From NCBI GenBank assembly GCA_050701115.1, contig JBOHER010000435.1:1-60873 (forward strand): 60,873 nucleotides of DNA, read 5' to 3'. Made by a program: the position numbers and the translations under genes. The notes beneath the pieces were generated by a model. It was given only the letters and a program-made list of their open reading frames with translations, did not search any database and was not told the origin of the DNA. The stretch comes from Haloechinothrix sp. (GTDB lineage Bacteria > Actinomycetota > Actinomycetes > Mycobacteriales > Pseudonocardiaceae). How positions within the stretch are numbered: position 1 is the stretch's first letter; every line of letters begins with the position of its first letter. Of this stretch, positions 30,520 through 38,249 are shown piece after piece.

Positions 30520-31393
30520 GTGGCCGAGATCGTGCTGGACAAGGTGACCAAGCGCTACCCGGACGGCGCGGTCGGAGTGTCCGAAGTGGACTTCTCGGTC
30601 GCCGATGGCGAGTTCGTGGTCCTGGTCGGGCCGTCGGGATGCGGGAAGTCGACGACGCTGAACCTGGTGGCGGGGCTCGAAGACATCTCGTCCGGGGAGT
30701 TGCGCATCGACGGCCTCAGGATGAACGAGAAGGCGCCAAGGGACCGGGGGCTCGCGATGGTCTCTCGGCAGGCATCTCGATCGGAAGCCGTCGGCTCTGT
30801 CGGGTGGCCAGCGGCAGCGCGTGGCGATGGGCCGCGCGATCGTGCGCAGCCCGAAAGCCGTCCTGATGGACGAGCCGCTGTCCAACCTGGACACGAAGCT
30901 GCGAATCCAGCTGCGGGCTTCGATGTCCACGCTTGCGCGGCGCATCGGGACGACGACGCTGTATGTCACGCACGATCAGGCGGAGGCGCTAGAGCTCGGT
31001 GCGCCGGTCGGTGGAGAGCGCGGCCGCGGACCGTGCGGTGATCACGGGGATCCGGCCCGAGGATCTCACCAAGGCCGCGCTGGTCGACGACGCGACCCGG
31101 GCGCGCGGATGCGTCCTGACCGTACTGGTCGATGAGCTGGAGTCGAGGGGCTCGGACGCCTACGCACACTGCGCGCTCGAGGGCAGCGAGATCGACTCGG
31201 AGATGCTGGCGGACGTGGCCGAGCTGGGTGAGTTCGGGCCGATGGAAATGGGCGGGCCCGTCGGTGACCTCGTAGCCCGGCTGCCTGCGTCGACCACCGC
31301 CAGCTCGGGTGCGAACCTCGACCTGTGGGTCACCCGGACAAGATCCACCTCTTCGACCCGGAGACCGGCGTGAGCCTGACCCGACCAGCCTGA
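30520..31393 (+). pseudogene. Decayed sugar ABC ATP-binding protein (deletions plus at least 3 frame changes)
   Basis: Frame 1 has the Walker A segment GPSGCGKSTTL...RDRGLAMV. The Q-loop to signature segment is deleted. [32 protein letters not shown]...THDQAEA is in a second frame. The regulatory domain is in a third frame, and the end (DKIHLFDPETGVSLTRPA*) is in a fourth reading. Confidence 0.75.
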
Positions 31394-31422
31394 TCCGCTC
31401 CGGTCTCGCGGACGCACTCTCC

Positions 31423-31551
31423 TTACTCCGTGCGTAGCGCGGCGATGACCTCGTCGTCCCAGCGATGGCTGCGGATCAGACGGTACCGTTCGCCTGCCAG
31501 CCGCAGATAAGCCTCAGCATCGGTGTGCCTGCCGATCAGGTCGGCATCGGT
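31423..31551 (-). pseudogene. 3' fragment (43 codons) of the ParB/Srx-like gene split by the IS element
   Basis: Reads TDADLIGRHTDAEAYLRLAGERYRLIRSHRWDDEVIAALRTE*. It joins in frame to ...AEEFVPAVRMLTD at 33554 once the IS and one copy of the 5-bp duplication are removed. Confidence 0.7.
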
Positions 31552-33553
31552 CCGGACTTCCGAAGATCATGAGCACATGAGCGCGTGAATTTGGGCGCTG
31601 AGCTGGGCAAACGTTGGCGAGCGTGATTCGGGTCGTGTTACTACACGACGGCGGTGAGCTGCGGGGATCGGTTCAGCTGCTCGTGGCGGTGAAGTCGAGG
31701 TACTTGGGCGGTTCGGGCAGCTTGAGGGCATCGAGGATGGCCTTCTGGCCGCTGGTGAGGGCGGAGCGTTGTGCGACGCGCCCGTCGGCGGTGGCCAGGG
31801 TGACCAGGTGCATGCGGTCGAGTTCGTGGCGCAGGTTGCGCCAGGTGTCGCCGACGGTGGTCTCGGCGACGCGGATGAGCAGCAGGGCGAGCCAGCACAG
31901 CTGTACGTGGGCGCGGATGCGGTCTTCGCGGTGGTGGTAGACGGGGCGAAGCCCGAGGGATCCCTTGCAGTCGCGCCATCCGCGCTCGACCGCGAGGAGC
32001 TGTTTGTAGGCGGCGGCCAGGTCCTCGGTGGTCAGGGTCATGTCGGAGGTGCGCAGCAGCCACTTGCCGTCCAGGTGGGCGTCGCGGGCGGCGGCGGCGC
32101 GGTCGATGCGCAGCAGGCCACCCCGGGTGCGGCGCAGGTAGCGACGCAACCCCGGCTTGGTCTTGAGCGAGCCGACGAACTCGTCGCGGCGGGTCTTCGA
32201 CCACGTATCGGAGCCGTCGATCAGGCCCTCGAGGTGGTCGATGAGCCGCTCGCGGACCGCGGCGTCGCGGGCGGCGGCGTCGGGGTTGTGGCATACGACG
32301 AACCGCTCGCTGCGGGCACCGTCCTCGCGGCCGCCGCCGGGGCTGACCCAGACCTCTTTAACCCGCAGGTTGTCCTCCACCGTCTTGTAGCGGCCGGCCC
32401 GGGCCAGCGCGGCGGCGGCCTCGGTGTTGGTGTGGCGCAGCTTCTCGGCGTGGATGTAGTGCCCACCACCGCGTTGCTGGTAGGCGCGGTTGGCGGCGGA
32501 GGCGAACCCGCGGTCGGCCACCCACACCATTCGCCGCAGGTTCCAGCCGTCCAGATCGTCCTTGACGGTGCGGATGGCCTTCTGGTCGCTCTCGCTGCCG
32601 GGGAAGGTCCAGCATCGCACCGGGATGCCGTCGCGGGTGACCGCCATCGCGATCATCACCTGCGGCAGGTGGTCGCGGTAGTCCTTGGACTTGCCGAACC
32701 TGCGCGTCCCACCCTCGACCGCCGTCGCGACCCCGTCATCGTCGCCCGGGTCGGGCTCGAGGTCGGCCAGCTCGTCGGCCACCTCGACCTCCCAGTACGT
32801 CGAGGTCGTATCCACAAAGATGATCTCCACATCCAGGTTCAGCAGATGCGCCACCGAGGCGAAGATCTCCGAGGCGATCGCGCCCAGCGCGGCCAGCAGG
32901 AAGTCCATCGCCGCGTAGGCGGCGTCCTCGGAGAAGCCCGGGCAGCCACCGATGGCGACCCGCTCGGCGACCCAGCGGGTGGCGGCCAGCTTCGACCCGG
33001 GTTCCAATGCCCGCTGCGCCACCAGCGCGAAGATCACCCGCTCCGTCGCCTCGCCGTCCAGCCGGCGGCCGTCGGCGACGCGGCGCAGCGCCGCCCCGAT
33101 GCCCAGCCGTTCCCACAACTGGTCCAGCAGCCATGCCCCGCCCAGCCGGCGGGAGTCGAGCACCTCCACCTCACCGGCCCGGGCCGCGGCGATCGCCTGT
33201 TCCGGCTCCAGGAACCGGGAGATCGAAGCCACCAGCCGCGCCAACGCGTCCCGATCGATCCGGTCGGCGCGGCCGAAGCTGTGGATCACCTTCGCCGACG
33301 GCACCCCCGTGTCGGGATTGCGTTCGCTATGCGCCAACTGCAGGTAGCTGACCATGCTCCCGTCGCGGTTCTTCCGCTTCGTCTCCCGTAGGTACACCCC
33401 TACAGGTAAACAAACATTCGCAGGTCATGTCCAGCGACACGCCCAAAGTCGTGTGCCTACACGATTTCGCCGTTCCAGCAGTCTTGCGGCCCATCCACCA
33501 GCGGAAACACTCTTGATCAAGCCCGAAAATCCCTACGACCTTCGGAAGTCCGG
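31552..33553 (-). mobile_element. IS1634-family insertion sequence, 2002 bp, 14-bp terminal inverted repeats, 5-bp target-site duplication
   Basis: IRL ccggacttccgaag at 31552-31565 and IRR cttcggaagtccgg at 33540-33553 are exact reverse complements. Flanking direct repeat tcggt at 31547-31551 and 33554-33558. A single transposase ORF lies inside. Confidence 0.85.
31673..33397 (-). CDS. IS1634 family transposase (DDE, IS4-related)
   Basis: 574 aa. The N-terminus MYLRETKRKNRDGSMVSYLQLAHSERNPDTG...FGRADRIDRDAL is characteristic of IS1634-family transposases. FVDTTSTYWE and VWVADRGFAS DDE blocks. Confidence 0.9.
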   Translation of the reverse strand: MYLRETKRKNRDGSMVSYLQLAHSERNPDTGVPSAKVIHSFGRADRIDRDALARLVASISRFLEPEQAIAAARAGEVEVLDSRRLGGAWLLDQLWERLGIGAALRRVADGRRLDGEATERVIFALVAQRALEPGSKLAATRWVAERVAIGGCPGFSEDAAYAAMDFLLAALGAIASEIFASVAHLLNLDVEIIFVDTTSTYWEVEVADELADLEPDPGDDDGVATAVEGGTRRFGKSKDYRDHLPQVMIAMAVTRDGIPVRCWTFPGSESDQKAIRTVKDDLDGWNLRRMVWVADRGFASAANRAYQQRGGGHYIHAEKLRHTNTEAAAALARAGRYKTVEDNLRVKEVWVSPGGGREDGARSERFVVCHNPDAAARDAAVRERLIDHLEGLIDGSDTWSKTRRDEFVGSLKTKPGLRRYLRRTRGGLLRIDRAAAARDAHLDGKWLLRTSDMTLTTEDLAAAYKQLLAVERGWRDCKGSLGLRPVYHHREDRIRAHVQLCWLALLLIRVAETTVGDTWRNLRHELDRMHLVTLATADGRVAQRSALTSGQKAILDALKLPEPPKYLDFTATSS

Positions 33554-34265
33554 TCGGTGAGCATCCGCACGGCCGGCACGAACTCCTCGGCGTACCAGCG
33601 CTGTGCCACCGTCGCACGGTCGAGCAACTCACCCTCGTCCTGCATCAGCCGGAAACCCCAAGCCTCGACGTGCTCGCCGAGTCGTGCGTAATCCCACGAG
33701 TGTTCATCTTGACCGCGTCGCGCGCCGCGCCGGTCAGCGGCACCCGGTCGAGGAAGATCCGGCGGTAGTCCTTGACGATCAGGTCGCCGCGGAATCGGAT
33801 CCCTTCCGGAGGGATCTTCGTGTCCAGCTCGGTCACGTACGCCTCGATCTCCGCCCGCCCGAGCGCGCAGGCAACCGATACCCGGTGGTGGCCGTCGGAG
33901 ACGAAGTGCAGCTCGCCGATCCGGTAGACCTCGATCGGCGGGATCTCCTCTCCGCGGCGGGCAGCCGCCGCGAGCCGTTCCCAGCGTGCCCGGATCCGAC
34001 CGGAGGTGGGCCGGAACCACCGGTCGAAGTCCCGGCTCTTGTCGACACTGCCGACGATGGTCTCGATCGGGATCATCCGCAGCCCGATCCGTCGCTCGCC
34101 CTGCCTGCCGAGTGCGTCCACCACTTCGTCGAAAGGCAGCATGATGTTGACGTCGTCCGGCTCGCGCCGGAGCCACGCCGAGAGCCGGGAGAGCACCTGA
34201 CGCCGTCGTGCCCGCAGGAAGTCGTTCTCGGCGTCAGCTCGAGGGAATCTGGTGTTGGAGCTCAT
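33554..34265 (-). pseudogene. 5' part of ParB/sulfiredoxin-like N-terminal-domain protein gene (IS-interrupted, plus one frameshift near 33710-33735)
   Basis: IPIETIVGS..., PPIEVYRIGELHFVSDGHHRVSVA is a ParB/Srx-type motif. The reading switches from the 33645..34265 frame (...LTGAARDAVK) to the 33517..34176 frame (DEHSWDYARLGEHVEAWGFRLMQDEGELL...). ATGA coupling to the upstream phosphoesterase. Confidence 0.65.
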
Positions 34266-34945
34266 ACCTCTCCCGCCAGAGTCGCCGAATGGGTGTTGTC
34301 GAAATCGATCACCTGGCGGCCGACCACATTGCGGATCCGCGTCGGGCCGATCCGATGCTCGGCCAGGTGCTCACCGTGCGGATGGATGTGCCCGTGCAGC
34401 AACCAATCCGGGCGTAGCTTCTCGACCGTCCGGTGTAGACAGTCGAAGCCCTGATGCGCCGGATCCTCCCGGTCACCGAGCCCGCGCGGCGGGGAATGGG
34501 TGAGCAGCACATGCACCCGCCCGCCATCCTGGCGGTTCCGCCTGCACGCCGCACGCACCAGCTTGCGGGCGCGCCGTGCCTGCTGAGCCTGCGACCACTG
34601 GTTGGGCCCCGAGTTGTACCTGATCGACCCGCCGAGCCCGGCGATGCGCAGGCCTGCCACATCCACCACACGCCCGTCTGCGTTGATACCGCCGCGCGGT
34701 CCCGGCCAGCGAGCAGGAAACCCAGCCCGCAGGAGCAGCCCGGTGGACTCGGTGAACCCGCCTAGGTCGGCATCGTGGTTGCCCGGGACGAACACGCACG
34801 GCCGGTCCAGCGCGTCGGCCAGGAACTCGAGGTAGTCGAACGGCAGGTCGCCCGCGCCGATCACGAGGTCGACGGAGTAGGACCGCACCGCGTCGGCCCA
34901 CAGCCCCGTATCGACCTCGTCGGCGACCACGAGAGCGCGTGGCAT
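34262..34945 (-). CDS. Metallophosphoesterase family protein
   Basis: VIGAGDLP, VPGNHD, LLTHSPP and GHIH calcineurin-like phosphoesterase motifs. Confidence 0.8.
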   Translation of the reverse strand: MPRALVVADEVDTGLWADAVRSYSVDLVIGAGDLPFDYLEFLADALDRPCVFVPGNHDADLGGFTESTGLLLRAGFPARWPGPRGGINADGRVVDVAGLRIAGLGGSIRYNSGPNQWSQAQQARRARKLVRAACRRNRQDGGRVHVLLTHSPPRGLGDREDPAHQGFDCLHRTVEKLRPDWLLHGHIHPHGEHLAEHRIGPTRIRNVVGRQVIDFDNTHSATLAGEV

Positions 34946-35007
34946 GACCCCAGACTACGTTGCGCGATCAGGGGTGGACTGGGGTCGATCGGCTCGAGCG
35001 ATGACCG

Positions 35008-36093
35008 CTACAGCCAGTGATTCCGTCTGAATATTCGGTACAGCATGAGACAGATACCGAAAATGCCTGCCATCACCGCGGGGTAGCCGTACTGCCAGTG
35101 CAGCTCCGGCATGAAGTCGAAGTTCATGCCGTAGATCCCGGCGATCGCGGTCGGCACCGCGATCATCGCCGCCCACGCGGTGATCTTGCGCATGTCGGTG
35201 CTCTGCTGCAGGGAGATCTTGGCCAGCGTGGCGTCCACAAGGGTGGTCAGCAATTCGTTGAAGCTGCCGATCCGGTCGGACACCGTGGTGAGGTGGTCGT
35301 CGACGTCGCGAAAGTACGACCGAATCTGGTCCGGGACGAGCCGGGTGTACCCCTCGGCGAGCCTGCGCAGTGGCGTCGCCAGCGGCAGTACGGCCCGGCG
35401 CAGTTCGAGCACCTCGCGCTTCATGAAGTAGATCTGCTCGGCGCTCACCTGCGACCGCGGTGCGAATACCTCGGTCTCCATCTCGTCGATGTCGTCCTCG
35501 ATGCGCTCGGTGACGTCGAGGTACTGGTCGACGACGTGGTCGGCGATCGCGTGCAGTACCGCGGCGGGGCCCGCGGCCAGCCGCTCGGGATCGGCGTCGA
35601 GCTCCTTGCGTAGCCGAGCGAGGCCGGAGTGCCGTCCGTGCCGCACGGTCACGATGAAGTCCCTGCCGAGGAAGGCCATCAGCTCGCCGGTCTCGACGAT
35701 CTCGTTGGCGGTGGTCGGCGACTCGTGCTCCACGTACCGCACGGTCTTGAGCACCATGAACAGCGTGTCCTCGTAGCGGTCCAGCTTCGGCCGCTGGTGC
35801 GCCTGGACCGCGTCCTCGACCGCGAGTTCGTGCAGGCCGAACGTGTCGGCGATGCCTTGAATCTGGTCGGCACCCGGCTCGTGCAGGCCGATCCAGACGA
35901 AGCTCTCGCCGCGGGAGCGTGCTTCGGCGATGGCCGCGCTGTACGTCCACCGGCCAGGCAGCCGGACACCGTCGACGTAGACACCGCAGTCGACGACGGT
36001 GCCGGACGGTGCGGGGATAGTCGGCCGGACCGCGGATGGAGCTCGGCCGGGCACGCGGCCACGCAGACCGCCGAGGGAACGAATCGAGGACAT
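35008..36093 (-). CDS. corA: Magnesium/cobalt transporter CorA
   Basis: C-terminal two TM helices with the YGMNF signature (AGIYGMNFDFMPEL) and a typical cytoplasmic N-domain. SD AGGAG 6 nt upstream of the ATG. Confidence 0.9.
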   Translation of the reverse strand: MSSIRSLGGLRGRVPGRAPSAVRPTIPAPSGTVVDCGVYVDGVRLPGRWTYSAAIAEARSRGESFVWIGLHEPGADQIQGIADTFGLHELAVEDAVQAHQRPKLDRYEDTLFMVLKTVRYVEHESPTTANEIVETGELMAFLGRDFIVTVRHGRHSGLARLRKELDADPERLAAGPAAVLHAIADHVVDQYLDVTERIEDDIDEMETEVFAPRSQVSAEQIYFMKREVLELRRAVLPLATPLRRLAEGYTRLVPDQIRSYFRDVDDHLTTVSDRIGSFNELLTTLVDATLAKISLQQSTDMRKITAWAAMIAVPTAIAGIYGMNFDFMPELHWQYGYPAVMAGIFGICLMLYRIFRRNHWL

Positions 36094-36194
36094 GGCATCT
36101 CCTGATGGCGCCGTGGTTGGACGAGGAGTTCGATGCGGATGACGGTGAGTTCGTCACCCGTCACGCGTCGTGCGTCCCCGGCCGTCCGGCGGGC

Positions 36195-36290
36195 CTACCA
36201 GGAAGAACCGTGGTCGGCTCCCGCGACGGGAACGCTGGAATGATTGACGCTGTGCTGACTTCGGGGCAGGGGACTATCGCCACTACTCAT
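36195..36290 (-). CDS. Candidate 31-codon upstream ORF in the corA leader
   Basis: AGGAGGTGAGG, then 7 nt, then ATG. Encodes MSSGDSPLPRSQHSVNHSSVPVAGADHGSSW*. Codon usage is atypical (AGT x4, AAT, CAT, GAT), so translation or conservation is unproven. Confidence 0.25.
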   Translation of the reverse strand: MSSGDSPLPRSQHSVNHSSVPVAGADHGSSW

Positions 36291-36328
36291 GTGCGTTCCT
36301 CACCTCCTAGGTTCGCGGTATCCGACCA

Positions 36329-36344
36329 GCTCGCGATCGCGAGC
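36329..36344. promoter_or_regulatory. Perfect 16-bp palindrome gctcgcgatcgcgagc in the corA / MaoC-dehydratase divergent intergenic region
   Basis: Read directly from the sequence. Flanked by the inverted heptamers ggtatcc (36316-36322) and ggatacc (36361-36367). Operator or RNA hairpin, function unknown. Confidence 0.3.
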
Positions 36345-36483
36345 GGACTTCGGTGAGGCGAGGATACCCCTCGGCCACCGATGACGTCGTTTCGCACCGG
36401 CACGGCGTTACCTGGCGCACACCCGACTGCACAGTTCGGCCGCGCGAGTGGCAGGCTCGCATCGGTGCCGCTGGAGTACAGCG

Positions 36484-37014
36484 ATGAGACACAGTGAAGG
36501 AGTTCGCAACGTGCAGTTCGGCCGGTTTTACGAGGAGTTCGAGGTCGGCGCGGTGTACAAGCACTGGCCGGGCAAGACGGTGACGGAGTACGACGACCAC
36601 CTGTTCTGCCTGATCACGATGAACCACCACCCGCTGCACATGGACGCTCACTACGCCGTGCGGACCACCGACTTCGGCAAGAACGTCGTTGTCGGTAACT
36701 ACATCTACTCGTTGCTGCTCGGCATGTCCGTCGCAGACGTCTCCGGCAAGGCGATCGCCAACCTCGAGGTCGAGTCGCTCAAGCACGTCAAGCCGACCTT
36801 CCACGGCGACACCATCTACGGCGAGACCGAGGTGCTGGACAAGACACCGTCGAAGTCCAAGGACGACCGGGGCGTGGTGTACGTGGAGACCCGTGGCTAC
36901 AAGCAGGACGGCACCGTCGTGTGCGTTTTCCGGCGCAAGGTGATGGTGCCCAAGCGTTCCTACGGCGACACCAGGGGCGGCGAACAACCCGGCCGTCCCG
37001 TTCCGCATGAGTGA
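36484..37014 (+). CDS. MaoC family (R)-specific enoyl-CoA hydratase/dehydratase
   Basis: Hot-dog fold pattern: FEVGAVYKHWPGKTVTEYDDHLFCLITMNHHPLHMD, GNYIYSLLLGM. Start ATG 36484 preferred. Confidence 0.8.
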   Translation: MRHSEGVRNVQFGRFYEEFEVGAVYKHWPGKTVTEYDDHLFCLITMNHHPLHMDAHYAVRTTDFGKNVVVGNYIYSLLLGMSVADVSGKAIANLEVESLKHVKPTFHGDTIYGETEVLDKTPSKSKDDRGVVYVETRGYKQDGTVVCVFRRKVMVPKRSYGDTRGGEQPGRPVPHE

Positions 37015-38098
37015 CCTCGCCGAGATCACGCGACGGCTGAGCCGGTTCGCCGAGGAGACGGCCGGCTCGTCACCGCTGTACTCGCACCTCGCCGCGCGGG
37101 CCGCCGCCGACGACGAGGTGGCAGGCCTGCTCACGGCCGCGCCGGACGAGCACGCGCGGCCGACCCTGCTGCTGGCGGCCGCGCACCGGCTGATCCAGGC
37201 CGATCCGATCCACCCGCTGTCCCGGTACTACCCGACGCTGGGCGGGTTCGACGGGGTGGACGCCGAGACCTGGCCGATGCTCCGCGCGTTCCTGCTCGAG
37301 CGGGCCGACGCGGCCCGGCAGCTGATCGCCACCCGAGTGACCCGCACCAACGAGGTGCAGCGGGCCGCGCTGCTGTACCCGGCGGTGGCCGCTGCCGCCA
37401 AGCAGGCGCGCGGCGCGATCGCCCTGTTCGAGGTGGGCTGCGCGGCCGGCCTGTTGCTCGGCCTTGACCGCTTCGGCTACCGGTACCAGTGCGGCGGCGA
37501 GCAGTACGCCGCGGGACCGATCAAGACGGCGGTGGGGCTGCACTGTGCCGTTGAGGTGGCAGCGGGAGCGACCTTCGCCAAACCGCAGAAGAAGCTCGTC
37601 GTGAGCGGTCGGATCGGTCTCGACAGCGCACCGGTCGACGCGGGCGACGAAGAAGAACTCGCCTGGCTGGAGGCCTGCGTATGGGCCGACCATCCGGAGC
37701 GCACCCGCCTGCTGCGCACCGCCGCCGCAGCGCAACGCAAGGATCCACCTCGGCTGGTGGCAGGCGATGCCGTGCACGATCTCGCGGGCACGGCCGCGCT
37801 GCTGCCCACCGAACTACCGCTGGTGGTGTTCACCAGCAACACCATGGCGCACCTGCCGGAGGACCGGCGCCCTGCCTTCATCGGCGCGCTGGCCGAGCTC
37901 GCGGCGGACCGTCCGCTGTGGTGGATCAGCCATGAGCCCTACCGGTACTGCCTGGCCTACCTGCAGCCCGGCCGGGATGACCTGGCGCAACGGCCGGGTG
38001 TGCTGAGCGTCGGCAGGTGGCATCAGGGCACGCCGGAGGTGACTGTGCTGGCCACTACCGACCTGCATGGCCAGCGGATGACCTGGTTGTCCCACTAG
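37007..38098 (+). CDS. DUF2332 domain-containing protein
   Basis: RFAEETAGSSPLYSHLAARAAADDEV..., PTLLLAAAHRL, RTNEVQRAALL and EVGCAAGLLL are typical DUF2332 blocks. 8-nt overlap with the MaoC gene. Confidence 0.7.
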   Translation: MSDLAEITRRLSRFAEETAGSSPLYSHLAARAAADDEVAGLLTAAPDEHARPTLLLAAAHRLIQADPIHPLSRYYPTLGGFDGVDAETWPMLRAFLLERADAARQLIATRVTRTNEVQRAALLYPAVAAAAKQARGAIALFEVGCAAGLLLGLDRFGYRYQCGGEQYAAGPIKTAVGLHCAVEVAAGATFAKPQKKLVVSGRIGLDSAPVDAGDEEELAWLEACVWADHPERTRLLRTAAAAQRKDPPRLVAGDAVHDLAGTAALLPTELPLVVFTSNTMAHLPEDRRPAFIGALAELAADRPLWWISHEPYRYCLAYLQPGRDDLAQRPGVLSVGRWHQGTPEVTVLATTDLHGQRMTWLSH

Positions 38099-38186
38099 CG
38101 ACACCCTTCTTCGCGCGGACCCGGCCACGCCCCGGAGAAACTCCGGAGAGAACTCCGGCTGGTGTGCGCGCGGGCCGTCGGTTACG

Positions 38187-38220
38187 CTACTGATAAGTAG
38201 GACTTCGAGTAACAGTTACT
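38187..38220. promoter_or_regulatory. Two adjacent palindromes (CTACT-N4-AGTAG and AGTAAC-A-GTTACT) in a GC-poor leader upstream of the 617-aa membrane protein gene
   Basis: ctactgataagtag at 38187-38200 and agtaacagttact at 38208-38220. Further gttac/agtaac/agtag half-sites nearby. SD GAGGAG at 38239-38244. Confidence 0.3.
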
Positions 38221-38249
38221 TGTAGTCTCAGTAACCATGAGGAGTAGCG

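Noticed and set aside
36094-36447. Mg2+ riboswitch (M-box) in the corA leader
   Set aside because: I could not recognise the conserved M-box core helices or motifs by eye. A covariance-model search (Rfam RF00380) would be needed. The uORF observation is reported separately.
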